Shown here piece by piece: positions 12,441 to 27,394 of a DNA stretch of 64,000 nucleotides. Every line of letters begins with the position of its first letter. Within the stretch, counting starts at the first letter, position 1. A program made the translations under genes and the position numbers. Source of the stretch: Eledone cirrhosa (lineage: Eukaryota); assembly GCA_964016885.1 (NCBI GenBank), contig OZ024742.1, positions 321,780,001 through 321,844,000 on the forward strand. Reading direction: 5' to 3'. The notes beneath the pieces were generated by a model. The model saw only the letters and a list, made by a program, of their open reading frames with translations, made no database searches and was not told the origin of the DNA.

Positions 12441-14771
12441 TGCCGCTGCGGGAAACGCAAATCACCCGGTTTAGATGGTCTACCCTATGAGTTTTACATA
12501 GGCATGCCAGACTTGTTCTCTGGCGTCCTCGAAGCGGTCTACTGCAACTGGCAGCAGAACGGGAGGATTCCCAGTTCTGTAGGCAGGGGCGTAGTCACGC
12601 TGATCAGGGAAGATGAGAACAAGGGGGATGAGATAAGCAATTTCAGGCCCATGACTCTGCTCAACACAGAGTTAAAGATTTTGGGCAAGGTGTTAGCAGC
12701 AAGGCTGGCACTTGTCGTTGAGAACCTGGTAGGGGAAGCCCAAACGTGTGCAATCCCGACCAGGTCCATACACGACAACCTCCACCTCATGCGATACATC
12801 ATAGAGAGGGTAGGGTGTAAACCTGGCTTTTATTGGGGCTCTGATCAATTTAGATCAGTCTAAGGCATTTGATAGGGTCGACCATCAATACTTGGAAGCA
12901 GTTCTCAAGGCGGCCGGCTTCGGTCCCGTCTTCAGAAGCTGGATCGCTGCCATGCACACCAGCATCTGCTCGGCAGTCAAGGTGAATGGCTACATATCAG
13001 AGCCATTCCAAATCATGCGTTCCATCCGTCAGGGATGCCTTCTCTCTTCCATTCTGTATGTACTGACTCTCGAGCCGTTACTGCGGAAATTGGAGCTGTT
13101 GCAGGGTATCCCGATCGAACCAGGACTGCGGAAAGCAGCGTCGGCCTATGCCAACGACATAACCGTAATGGTGTCGAAAACCTCGGAAATCAGGTTAATC
13201 GGCAACCTATTACAGGAATACGAAACGTTGACAGGAGCAAGACTAAACCCAAACAAGTCTGTCGGTTTGCAACTCGGCACATGGAGAGGCAAACCTATGC
13301 CTTCCGCCAGTGTCGTTGGACGCTGGACGGAAGGACCGGTGAAATTGCTCGGGGTCTGGTTCGGTCCAGACCTCCAGGTGGACAAGAACTGGAACGAGGT
13401 CACGGCGAAGGTGTTTGCACTCACCCAGAAGTGGGCTGAGTGCAAACTCTCCTTGAAAGGTCGAGCGGAGGTGGCGAATACTTACATAGCGTCCGTCATC
13501 TACTACCGCTTGACAGTCGTGCCTTGCCCCCGCGAATACCTTACCAAAATGGAACACCTACTCTTCAAGTTCCTCTGGAAGAAACAGGCTCCATTGGTGA
13601 GGAGATCCGCCTGCTGTCAACACCCTTCTAACGGAGGGCTGGGCATGCCGTGGCTGATGATGCGCAAACATGCGCTGAGGCTACGCCATCTCCAGATATT
13701 CCTGACCGGTGAACCGGTGTGGCTCTCGTTTGTGAGACAAGCTCTTCCACAACTCGTCTCACTAACAGAGCTGCAGTCCTGGGTCAAGCGAAGACCGAAA
13801 ATGGGTGCCTGGCACCTCGAGTGCCTACAGGCGCTCACGGCCCTCTACCAAGCGGAAACAGCAATCAGCGGAGACTCTACTTCGTCATTCTATAGGGGAT
13901 TAGTGGAGGATAAGTGCGACGACGTTCTCGGGAAAACTCTAGGCATCGAGGAGGACGAACTGACCAGTCTGTTCGGGAGGACTTTCCGTCCAGGGCCTAT
14001 GGATAACTTCCAGAGGTCTCTGGCCTGGCAGTGCTACCGAGGAGCTCTACCAGTTCGAGACAAAATCTACAGGCACGGACGCCCTGGCAGAGATTCTGCC
14101 AAAAGGACCTGTCCAAGATGCGAGCAGGACATTGAAACCGTTCTGCACGCAATTGTTTAGTGCCCAGGGGTGACCGACCTGTGGAATTATGTCGAACAGC
14201 TGCTGTCACGTGTGGGACGCATCCAGTTGTCAGCCGAGTCCATCGTGAGGATCACCCCGCCGTCTTCATTTAAGAACGAAGGAGAGGCGGTTTTCCTCTG
14301 TCTGGTGGCTATGGCGAAAGAGGTAATATGGTGGACGAGGTTAAAACGACTGAGGGCAAACACCTTTCTCCCCGGACAACAACTTATCCCCTTCTTTAAG
14401 TATCACTTCAGAAGGAAGGTGAGAATGGAGAGAGAGGTGCTACACCCCAGTAAATTCGCTGAAAGGTGAATGTGCCAAAAATGGCCCGAGTGAATGGGCC
14501 GTCTCTGTATATAAACCTGTAGGTTGAGGAAGATAAACAGAGGGAAGACAGGAACACCTACAAAACGTGTTCCTGGTGTTGAGGGTTGTTCTATCCACGG
14601 GATGTAAAACAACCCTGCAGTAACGTTCCCCCTACTGGGGATTTCAATTGTTATTTTATTATATATAGTTTATTGTTATTTATTAATGTTAAAGTTATTT
14701 TTATGTAAAACTCCCGCCGTCACGTCTTGTAATGTCCCATTTTTGTACGCCCCTGTGGCAAATAAAGAAAG
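12441..14771 (+). mobile_element. 5'-truncated Tx1 LINE, copy D (more divergent subfamily, disrupted)
   Basis: KSPGLDGLP, FRPMTLLN, QGCLLS, AYAND, CPRC..ETVLHA; stops and a frameshift; ends AATAAAGAAAGAT + (CTAT)/(CT)n. Confidence 0.92.
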
Positions 14772-14818
14772 ATATCTATCTCTCTATCTATCTATCTCTA
14801 TCTCTTTCTCTCTCTCAA

Positions 14819-14866
<48 letters not shown>

Positions 14867-15149
14867 TCTCTCTCTCTCTCTGTATCTATCTCACTATCTA
14901 TCTATCTGTCACTGATGTTGAAATAGAACTTATAACTACTATAAATGGGATTTTCACCTTTTTCAATATCGAAGTGGTACAGTTTGAAGACGAGAAACTT
15001 CTTCCTCGGCTTTAGACAAATCTTAAAAGCATTGATGGCGGCTTTCTTGATAAGCAAAAGACATTAAATAAACTCTTAGCCAATCAGTTGGACATATGGT
15101 AGCGGGGAACGGTAGCTTTTAGCTGATGTATAAATAAACGCATGCTATA

Positions 15150-15607
15150 GGTGATGGTGGTGGTGGTGGTAGTAGTTGCAGTGATGATGGTTGTGGTGGT
15201 GTTGGTGTTGGTGGTGGTAGTGGTGGTGATTGTGATGGTGGTGGTCCTGGTGATAATGATGTTGTGGTGGTGGTGTGGGAGGTGGTGGTGGTGCTTGTGG
15301 TGATGGTGGTTGTGGTGGTAGTTGTGAGGGAGGCGGTGGTGGTGGTGGTGTTGGTGGTTGCAGTGCTAGTGCTGGTGATGATGACGGTTGTGATGGTAGA
15401 GGTGGTGGTGGTGGTGGTGGTGGCAGTGGTAATGGTGGTGGTGGTGGTGGTGCTGCTGCTGCTGGTTGTGCTGGTGGTGGCGGTGGTGGTGGTGGCGGTG
15501 GTGGTGGTGGTGCAACTAAGGGTTACATTTGGGGATTGCTTTTTATTGCTTCTCTATCAGCTTTGATGTTATTGTTGTTCTTGTTGTTCTTGTTCTTGTT
15601 GTTCTTG

Positions 15608-15649
<42 letters not shown>

Positions 15650-16455
15650 TATTCATAGATGTTGCTACTGTTATAGTTGTAGTTAATATTGCAGTTAACA
15701 TTGTTGCAGTTATTGTTGTTGTAGTTATTGTTGTTGAAGTTGTTGTTGTTGTAGTTATTGTTGTTGTAGTTGTTGTCGTTGTTGTTGTTGCAGTTATTGT
15801 TGTTGTAGTTATTGTTGTTGTAGTTATTGTTGTTGAAGTTGTTGTTGTTGTTGTAGTTATTGTTGTTGTAGTTATTGTTGTTGTAGTTATTGTTGTTGTA
15901 GTTGTTGTAGCTGGTATAGTTGTTGTTGTTGTTGTTGTAGTTGTTGTTATTGCAGTTGTTGTTGTAGCTATTGTAGTTGTTGTTATTGCAGTTGTAGTTG
16001 TTGTTATTGCAATTGTTGTAGCTGTTGTTTTAGTTGTTGTTGTAGCTGGTGTAGTTGTTGTTGTAGCTGGTGTAGTTGTTGTTGTAGCTGTTGTCGTTGT
16101 AGCTGTTGTCGTTGTAGCTGTTGTCGTTGTTGTTATAGCTATTGCTGTTGTAGCTATCGCTGTTGCTGCTGTTGTTGTTATAGCAATTGTATATATAACT
16201 GTTGTAGTTGATGTTGTTGTTGTAGTTGTTGCTGTAGTTGTTGTTGCTGTTGTATCTATCGCTGTTGCTGCTGTTGTTGTTATAGCAATTGTATATATAA
16301 CTGTTGTAGTTGATGATGTTGTTGTAGGTATTGTTGTTGTTGATGGTGTAGACGTTGAGCATTGTTATAGTTGTTGCCGCTGCTGTAGTTGTTCTTGTAA
16401 ATATTGTAGTTGTTGTTGTAAATATTGTAGTTGTAATTGTTGTTGTAGCTGTTGT
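15150..16455. repeat. (GGT)n followed by degenerate (GTT/GCT)n arrays
   Basis: Direct reading; the poly-Val ORFs here are artefacts. Confidence 0.9.
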
Positions 16456-16689
16456 TTTTCTACGATTAACATACTCGTTAATTCGTAATCTTTACATCAA
16501 ACAAAAAGTGTTTGTTGTTGTTTTTTTAAGCTTTATTTTTGTTATTTTTTGTGTTTATTTTTTTCCATATATATACATATATATAAATATTCCATTTGAA
16601 TAGAGGAATGAGAATTGGCCGTGGAATAATGTATTTTTATATTTATACGAGAAGTGAGGACAAAAGAAGGCCATTATGTGTGTGAATAT

Positions 16690-17356
<667 letters not shown>

Positions 17357-17680
17357 TAATATATGCATACGTATTCTGTGTAAAATGTCAGGAATAGAAG
17401 CCTGGGTGGAGCAAGTGTTGGCATGAATACCTAAATTCCTTCGAGGGTGGAACTACGTCCATTCAAAGTTTTGTGCTATGACACGGCTTAAACAAAGCCA
17501 TCGCTATGTATAAAGAGAGATATATATGTTCTGCACGTATATACGTGTGTACATGTACTTATGTACATATATATATATATATATATACATATGTACATGT
17601 GTGTGTTTGAGTTAGTCCAGTTTATATATATTATATATATATATTATATATATATAGAGAGAGAGAGGGGGGGGAAATAA

Positions 17681-17712
<32 letters not shown>

Positions 17713-17887
17713 TGTTTGTATACATATGTATTTACACATATATATAAATGTATGTATGTATTCATACGCTTATACATATTCACTCATATATACATACACT
17801 TACGCGTACTTACATATGTGCATAATGAGTGCCAAACGTTTGCTATAAGTTTCACCATATGGGTTAGGATTTACAATTAATCTTATT

Positions 17888-19272
<1,385 letters not shown>

Positions 19273-19285
19273 TATATATATATAC

Positions 19286-19372
<87 letters not shown>

Positions 19373-19374
<2 letters not shown>

Positions 19375-19656
19375 AAAAGGGTCAGGACACCGACGGCTGA
19401 GCTTTGGCCGTTTCAACAGCTAGATCCGGGCTCTTTACAACCATCGTAACGGAATCATGAAAATCAAACTAAACTTCGATAATTTCATGAAGAACATCCC
19501 CATTCCACCAAAAAGCCTGCATCTAAAGTCTCTTATCAGAAAAATGTATGGGTTTGCCATGAAGATCAGATGGGGTGTCTTCTATGACACCCTGATGTAG
19601 CATGGATGAATGATGAAAAGTTTGGATTTAAAACCAATAAGGCAACACCCATCAAC
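19373..19656 (+). mobile_element. Shared GGAAAA terminus followed by the 5' end of a Hydra-like PLE ORF (frameshifted)
   Basis: ATG at 19457 gives MKIKLNFDNFMKNIPIPPKSLHLKSLIRKMYGFAMKIRWGVFY../..EKFGFKTNKATP. This resembles the KNIPIP...RMRWKA...FGFKS N-terminus of Hydra-type PLE ORFs, as recalled from family knowledge. Confidence 0.6.
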
Positions 19657-19839
19657 TGCCTGTGTGTGTTCTTGATAAACGCTCAAAAGCGGCCGCTCTC
19701 TCTTGTTTTTGCGGAGTAAGTGACATAGTCATTACTCGTAACGAATGGTTTTCTAAATGTTTTTAATTAAACATACAGTATATTGCCAAATATACTATAC
19801 ATACATTCATGTATACATCGCTATTTCAGAGCACCAATA

Positions 19840-19898
<59 letters not shown>

Positions 19899-19905
<7 letters not shown>

Positions 19906-22823
19906 ATTAATAAATGGAAACTATATTTATAAAACCATATTTATTTCATTATATATATTTCAAGGATACCAAGTTAAATCATGGTATGCCTTCATCAGAC
20001 AAAATACAATATATAACAGTTTTACAAATAGATATTGACGTACCCTTTCAAAAAAGTGACCGTTGCTTTTGGAGGCCATCCGGAAAGTGGTTTGTTTACT
20101 TTAGTAAGTCATAGTGTTAAGAGTAAGTAAAAAGATGGAGAGAGAGAGAGAGAAACGTGGAGAAAAGAAAGGGAAAGATAGATAAAGAAAAAGAAGAAAC
20201 CAAAAAGAAAAGAGAACAGAGGAAAAATAACGGGGAGATATCAAAACATCAGACAGAGAAAGAACTCAAGAGAGAGATATGTATAGATAGAGAGAGAGGG
20301 GGGGGGGGGGGAGAACGAAAACCTTAAGTTATGTCATATTAAGTTGAGTTAACAATTGAGAGGAAATGAATAAATAAAATTAGAAATATTAATATTCGTG
20401 AATGGAATATAGATATATAATATGAAAAATTACACATTGTTTAATTATGATTATATATTTAGTTTAAACATTGAGATCAATATATTAAAAATTGGAATTT
20501 AAACATTATAAAATATATATATTGCTAGAGAGATTATCTATCGTATATCACATATACATAGGCAAAGGTACATAAATATATATATATATATACTCACTCA
20601 CTCAGAAAATACACACTATATCTACTCCCGCATATAATGTATACATACAAAGCATAAGTGATTTTTTACTTATTGCAATACACTCCTTGTGTTATTAATT
20701 AAAAAATTTTAGTATATATATATAAATATATAGGATTAACTTTTATAACACATGTATATGTATGTCAACACACACATATAGATACATAAGCCGTACATAG
20801 ACATAAGTATACATCAGTATATAACATAGTACAATTGAGTATATAAAATACAAAAGGATTATATTTTGGAAATATAATTATATCAATATAACTTAAAAGG
20901 CAAACGAATTCTACAAACATCAAAATACTAAAATATCCCAAAATATTATAGAATATTTCAAGTTAAAATAATATGTTTAATATATTTAGCATAGAAATTT
21001 ATCTTACATATATAATCAAGACATTGAAAGGACAAACTTTTGAAAATTATGAGAAGCTATCAGAATAAATCTAATAAAAATTATGAGAAGCTATCAGAAT
21101 AAAAACAAATCTAATAAAAAATAAAAAAATAAAATGAATCTAATAAAAAAATAAAAATAAAAATAAAAATAAAAATAAAAATAAAAATAAAAATAAAAAT
21201 AAAAATAAAAATAAAAATAAAAATAAAATATAACTTAAAAAACAAGGATTCTACAGATATCAATATATTAAAAAATACTAAAAAATTTAAAAAAATAAAA
21301 AATAAAAAATTTTTAAAATTTTTTAAAAATCTTTAAAAAAAAAAAAAATTTTTTTTTAAATCTTAAAATTTTTTTAAATATTATAGAATATTTTAAGCTA
21401 AAATAATATGTTTAGCATAGAAATTTATCTTACGTATATTTTATTCAAGATATTGAAAGGATAAACTTTTCTAGAATAGTTTATATTTATAATTATATTT
21501 ATGAAGAAAATTTATGCTTGGGTACTTAACCAAAGAAAATGAAAAAGGTGAAGGAATCTAATGATTTATCGACAGGTTTCGTATATTAACTAAATTATTT
21601 AATTAATTAAACTACATTTTAAATTTATATTTATATTTAAACGTTGAGTTCAATCTATGTCTGCAGCAACTGAATAAATTATTCCTTAAATTAAGGGAAT
21701 TTTTGGTCTTTAATATAAAAAATATTTCCTCTATACAAAGATCACAATTTTCAGAAGAGGAATTAAAAGGAGTAGCTTTTGAAATAATATTCCAAATCAG
21801 CGAATATTCAACATTATCTCGTTTTAGGTCCCATAATAGGCTAGATAGCGAAGTTGAAGATTTTTTGTTTGGATCTGTAAAAGAATTTTTATGATTATTG
21901 AAGCGGGATTTAAATTCTGTAGAGGTAGAACCGACATAGTTAAATGAATTTAAATTAGTTTTAACATTACAATTATAAACTACATTTTTAGCTAAGCAGT
22001 TGTTATTTAACGGACAGTTTGATTTATTTCTACAGTTACAGTTATTCGATTGAATATTGCTTGGGTTATTATTGGTATTTTGGTTAGGTTTTAAATTTCT
22101 ATTATTAATTCAATTAATATTTTGCGCTAAATTTTTGGTGGAAGAGTAAGTTAATTTTATAGTATGTCTATTAAAAATTGAGTAATATTTATGTGTTCTA
22201 GGGAATCGTTTGTCAAGAGCTTTAAAGAATAGTTTAGCAATAGGGGTTTTAATATTTAGTGAGAAAGGAGGAGCGAACCATAATATATTCCTAGTTCTAT
22301 TTCTTTTTCGGCTTTCGGAGTTATTGTAATATTTTCTATTATAGTTGTTGAAATTGTTACCATAATTAAAGTTGTTATTATTTTGGTTATTTTGTATATT
22401 ATTATTATTATCGATGTATTTAATTTTATTTCTATACTCAGCTCTACCTATCTATACATATCTCTCTCTTGAGTTCTTTCTCCGTCTGATGTTTTGATAT
22501 CTCCCCGTTATTTTTCCTCTGTTCTCTTTTCTTTTTGGTTTCTTCTTTTTCTTTATCTATCTTTCCCTTTCTTTTCTCCACGTTTCTCTCTCTCTCTCTC
22601 CATCTTTTTACTTACTCTTAACACTATGACTTACTAAAGTAAACAAACCACTATCCGGATGGCCTCCAAAAGCAACGGTCGCCTTTTTGAAAGGGTACGT
22701 CAATATCTATTTGTAAAACTGTTATATATTGTATTTTGTCTGATTTAACTTGGTATCCTTGAAATATATATAATGAAATAAATATGGTTATATAAATATA
22801 GTTTCCATTTATTAATATTGTAT
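19899..22823 (-). mobile_element. Hydra-like PLE, 5'-truncated, with inverted pseudo-LTRs (about 19900-20290 and 22450-22822)
   Basis: Minus strand at about 21630-22330 encodes RNIIWFAPPFS..FNRHTIKLTYS..NCNCRNKSNCPLNNNCLAKNVVY..YVGST..FKSRFNNH..CDLC..CCRH (GIY-YIG with CxC). Arms of about 380 bp are inverted; flanked by TA. Confidence 0.85.
19942..20006 (-). ncRNA. Hammerhead ribozyme motif in a PLE pseudo-LTR
   Basis: tattttgt CTGATGA aggcatacca..tggtatcctt GAAA tatata TA atgaaata; stem I pairs with two G-U wobbles. Confidence 0.7.
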
Positions 22824-23238
22824 ATCTACTCCAAATATTTGTCGAGTGCTTTATATCAGTTATAATAATATTTGCTTGTTGTATCCTAACAATTTAAATA
22901 GAACTTTTGCATATATATATATGTGTGTGTGTGTGTTTATATGTATATATACATTTTAATAATAATAAAGGACGAAGTGTTAGATCTTCATTACGTGTAA
23001 TGAGGTGTAACGCGCATTTCGCGATTGATCAGCGCAAGGTTTGATCTTTATCGATCTGACCTGACTTGGAATCGAAAGCTCGTCTGATTTTTGGTATGGT
23101 ATATATATGTTATTAAAATTAAAAGATATATGCATATGTATATATATAGAGAGAAAGGCCCATATTTCGTTGGAGAAAAATAAGCATCATACCTATTATA
23201 TATGCTGTGATATATATATATATATATACATATATATA

Positions 23239-23404
23239 TGAGAAAGTATGACCCCGACGGCAGAGCTCAAGCCGTTTCGACGGCTATTTCTGGACTAAAC
23301 TACTTAAGGGTTAACCCTAACCCTAACCCTAACCCTAAACTACTTTAGTCCAGAAATAGCCGTCGAAACGGCTTGAGCTCTGCCGTCGGGGTCATACTTT
23401 TTCC
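23239..23404. mobile_element. 166 bp MITE-like palindromic element with about 60 bp inverted arms and a central (TAACCC)4 telomeric tract
   Basis: Arms AAAGTATGACCCCGACGGCAGAGCTCAAGCCGTTTCGACGGCTATTTCTGGACTAAA and its reverse complement; TA on both sides; core TTAAGGGTTAACCCTAACCCTAACCCTAACCCTAA. Confidence 0.88.
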
Positions 23405-23483
23405 TATTACCCACTCTACTACCCAAAGTATTGAGTACTCTGGTGCGTTATGGTCCATCTGGTTCCTTACCACACTTCCTTCG

Positions 23484-23541
<58 letters not shown>

Positions 23542-23971
23542 TAATAAAAACAATGAATAAAAACAAAGAACAAGTTGCTTATATTAAAAAATTCATCATT
23601 TTACGATCGTTTCTAGGATATATATGTGTGTTAGTATGTATATCATATAGATCTATGTAAAAATATTACAAACTATCAGAGGAAATATACATACCTTCAC
23701 ATATATATGCTGTCTTCAGAAATAATATATATATATATATATATATATTGCAAGACATGTCAACATGAATGGACCTGTTATTTTTATCTAAAAACATTTT
23801 TTCTAATTCCATCCCGCCTGTCCCCTCAATCTATTTTATTTCTCATTTTTTTCTTCTGCTGAAGGGCTAGCGTCCGAAACGTTAAGACCCTCTTCCTGCT
23901 ATATCAAGCGTTAATCTAATATATAGCTTCCATATACTGTATCGATTGTGTTGTTATTTCTGTTTACCTTT

Positions 23972-24008
<37 letters not shown>

Positions 24009-24119
24009 CATCATCATCATCATCATCATCATTTTACGTCCGCTTTTCCCTGCTTGCAAGGGTTGGACGGGTCCTATTCAGCACACCATCTCTCCACCCG
24101 TCACAGTCCTTCGTCATCT

Positions 24120-24152
<33 letters not shown>

Positions 24153-24157
<5 letters not shown>

Positions 24158-24430
24158 CAACACCGACATAAACAGGTACTCAAGTTTCGTTGGGATCTGG
24201 GCCCCAATTTCTTAAGCCTGTAATGAACAAAATGGAAAATCTTGGTTTTCCATGTTTCTCATGACAGGCTGAAGAAATTGCGGCCCAGAACCCAACGAAA
24301 CTTGAGTACCTGTTTATGTCGGTGTTGTAATTGAGTCCCTCTTTCTGTCACTGTTATAATTATTTATACTAAACTCGTCCTATGGACTGAGTGCTCTTAC
24401 TCTTAGATATTTCCACTTAACTTTTACTTC
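24153..24430. mobile_element. Inverted pair of short PLE pseudo-LTRs with a hammerhead (24264-24313, +)
   Basis: 24153-24226 is the inverse of 24259-24332; acagg CTGAAGA ..GAAA cttgag TA cctgt. Confidence 0.75.
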
Positions 24431-24432
24431 AG

Positions 24433-24508
<76 letters not shown>

Positions 24509-24710
24509 AGATGGGGAAAGGGAGAGGCGGGTAGTTAGTTTCGAGACTAGGACCTTTGCGTCCCCATGTAAGTGGTTCTAGGACGTGGCCTGGTTTCAGG
24601 TAACCTGTCCTCTTTGTTACACACATTCTCGTGATCACACAAATGATTTTATTGGCTAATTACATCGCAAATGTCGTTCTCTCTCTCTCTCTCTCTCCCT
24701 CCCTCTCTCG

Positions 24711-24788
<78 letters not shown>

Positions 24789-24834
24789 GTATCTGTCTCT
24801 CACTCTGTCTTTCTCTTTCTTTCTGACAGCAAAC

Positions 24835-25220
24835 ACTAATACCACCACAACCAACACAAACACCGCCACCACCCAAATCACCATCACAAACACCATGATC
24901 ACCACCAATACCATTACGGCCGTCCCCACCACCACCACAACCATCAACATCACCTCCACCACCACCACCACCATCACCATCACAAACACCATGATCACCA
25001 CCAATACCATTACAGCCGTCCCCACCACCGCCACCACAAACATCACCTCCACCACCACCACCACCACCACCACCGCCACCACAACCATCAACATTACCTC
25101 CACCACCACCTCCACCACCACCAATACCATTACGGCCGTCCCCACCTCCGCCACCACCACCACCACCACCACCACCACCACCACCGCCATCACCACCACC
25201 ATCACTAACACCACTGCCGT
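24835..25220. repeat. (ACC)n-derived minisatellite
   Basis: Recurring ACCAATACCATTACGGCCGTCCCCACC block (3 copies). Confidence 0.85.
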
Positions 25221-25332
25221 TCTACCTATAAGCAAAGTGTCAAGCGTTGACAATTGGTCATGACTACATATTTGCTCTTTAGACTAATAAACTGTGAATT
25301 TAATAACATCCATAAATATGTGCGCGTGTCTG

Positions 25333-25402
<70 letters not shown>

Positions 25403-25697
25403 TATGTATGTATGTATGTATGTAGGTAGGTATATACTTTTAAATCACGAGAAAATGTGACGGTTACTCATGACTTGCACCTTACATGTATGTGTTTACA
25501 TATATATGCACACATACACACACACAGACACACATATATATATATGTGTGTGTTTGTGTGTGTGTGTGTGTATGTATATATATATATGAATACATGTATA
25601 TATGTATATATCTATATATGTATATATGGATGTATATGTATGTATACATATATATACATATATATATATATATATATGGATGTATATGTATGTATAC

Positions 25698-25757
<60 letters not shown>

Positions 25758-25805
25758 AAAATTAGGATTGGTGCTCTAATTAAACATACAGTATATTGCC
25801 AAATT

Positions 25806-25836
<31 letters not shown>

Positions 25837-26231
25837 ATATATATGTATGTATGTATATATATATGAAGTGAGTCCCCTGTTCGATCATGGAATACCACAA
25901 GCTTGCGTGTTACGTAAGTGAGATTGGTGATTTCAGATTCATAGAAACATATCGGATGTATTGCAGAATATCGTTCGATCTGTCCAGGTCTGTTGTTTTA
26001 ACCTGATTAGTTCTTTCGTTGTTTTGGTATTATACGGCTGGGTTTGGCCTACCGCAATTTTCAATTTGTCAAGCTATTTAAACGTGTCTTATTACTCTAA
26101 GGACCTACCCTTATTGAGTGCTTTGCTACTCATTCATTATTGTAGGCCGACTTTGCTTGGCCACAGCCAAACCTTCGATTTTACTAAGCTTCCACTTGTA
26201 TATATATATATATATATATACATATATAATA

Positions 26232-26645
26232 TATTATAAATAAAATAACAGAAGGCTGGACTGGTGTAAATCCTTGAAAGGTTTATTATACTATGATCAT
26301 TTCAATGAACGGGTTCCGTATGAACCCGGTGATATCATCAGGTATTCGAAATATAACAAAGGAACTTACAGATATGTTCCTTTGTTATATTTCGAATACC
26401 TGATGATATCACCGGATTCATACGGAACCCGTTCATTGAAATGATCATAGTATAATAAACCTTTCAAGGATTTACACCAGTCCAGCCTTCTGTTATTTTA
26501 TTTATAATAATTAACTCCGTATTAGCACCACCAACTACACAAACGAAGACGGGTGAACTGCACTACGTTGAGTACTCTCCATAATATTACATCAAGATTG
26601 CCCATACGGAATGACTAGTTCTATCCAGTGGTGAACCAACAAACC

Positions 26646-26650
<5 letters not shown>
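26232..26650. mobile_element. Inverted pair of PLE pseudo-LTRs forming a hairpin of about 275 bp, with a hammerhead (26396-26453, +)
   Basis: 26232-26365 is the inverse of 26376-26508; atac CTGATGA..GAAA tgatca TA gtat. A homologous solo copy lies at about 42600-42865. Confidence 0.8.
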
Positions 26651-26695
<45 letters not shown>

Positions 26696-26788
26696 CAGCG
26701 TGTTCAATAGAATGTATACATACTTCAACAGCATTCTAATAAATATTTGTATATATTTTTGGGGGTATATATATATGGTTATATATAA

Positions 26789-26789
26789 A

Positions 26790-26823
<34 letters not shown>

Positions 26824-26931
26824 TGTGTGTGTGTATGTGTGTGTGTGTGTTTGTGTGCGTGTGTGTCTGTGTATGTGTCTGTGTGTCTGTGTGTGTGTCT
26901 GTCTGTCTGTTTATCTGTCTCTGTGTGTGTG

Positions 26932-26962
<31 letters not shown>

Positions 26963-27166
26963 GTCTGTCTGTCTGTGTGTGTGTTTGTGTGTGTGTGTGT
27001 GTTTATATGTATATATATATATATATACAGAAAAAGAGAGAGAGGGAGATGTGTGTGTGTGTGTGTGTGTGAATGTGTGTGTGCGCGTGTGTGTGTGTGT
27101 GTGTGTGTATGTGTGTGTGCGTGTGTGTGTCTGTCTGTGTGTGTGTGTGTGTGTGTGTATGTGTGT

Positions 27167-27211
<45 letters not shown>

Positions 27212-27254
27212 TGTGTGTGTATGTGTGTGTGTATGTGTGTGTGCGTGTGTATCG

Positions 27255-27307
<53 letters not shown>

Positions 27308-27394
27308 TGTGTGTGTGTATGTGTGTGTGCGTGTGTGTGTCTGTCTGTGTGTGTGTGTGTGTGTGTGTCTGTCTGTGTGTCTGTGTGTGTGTCT

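Noticed and set aside
23304-23338. Ancient chromosome end-to-end fusion site
   Set aside because: Only about 5 repeats, enclosed by element arms; better explained as part of the mobile element.
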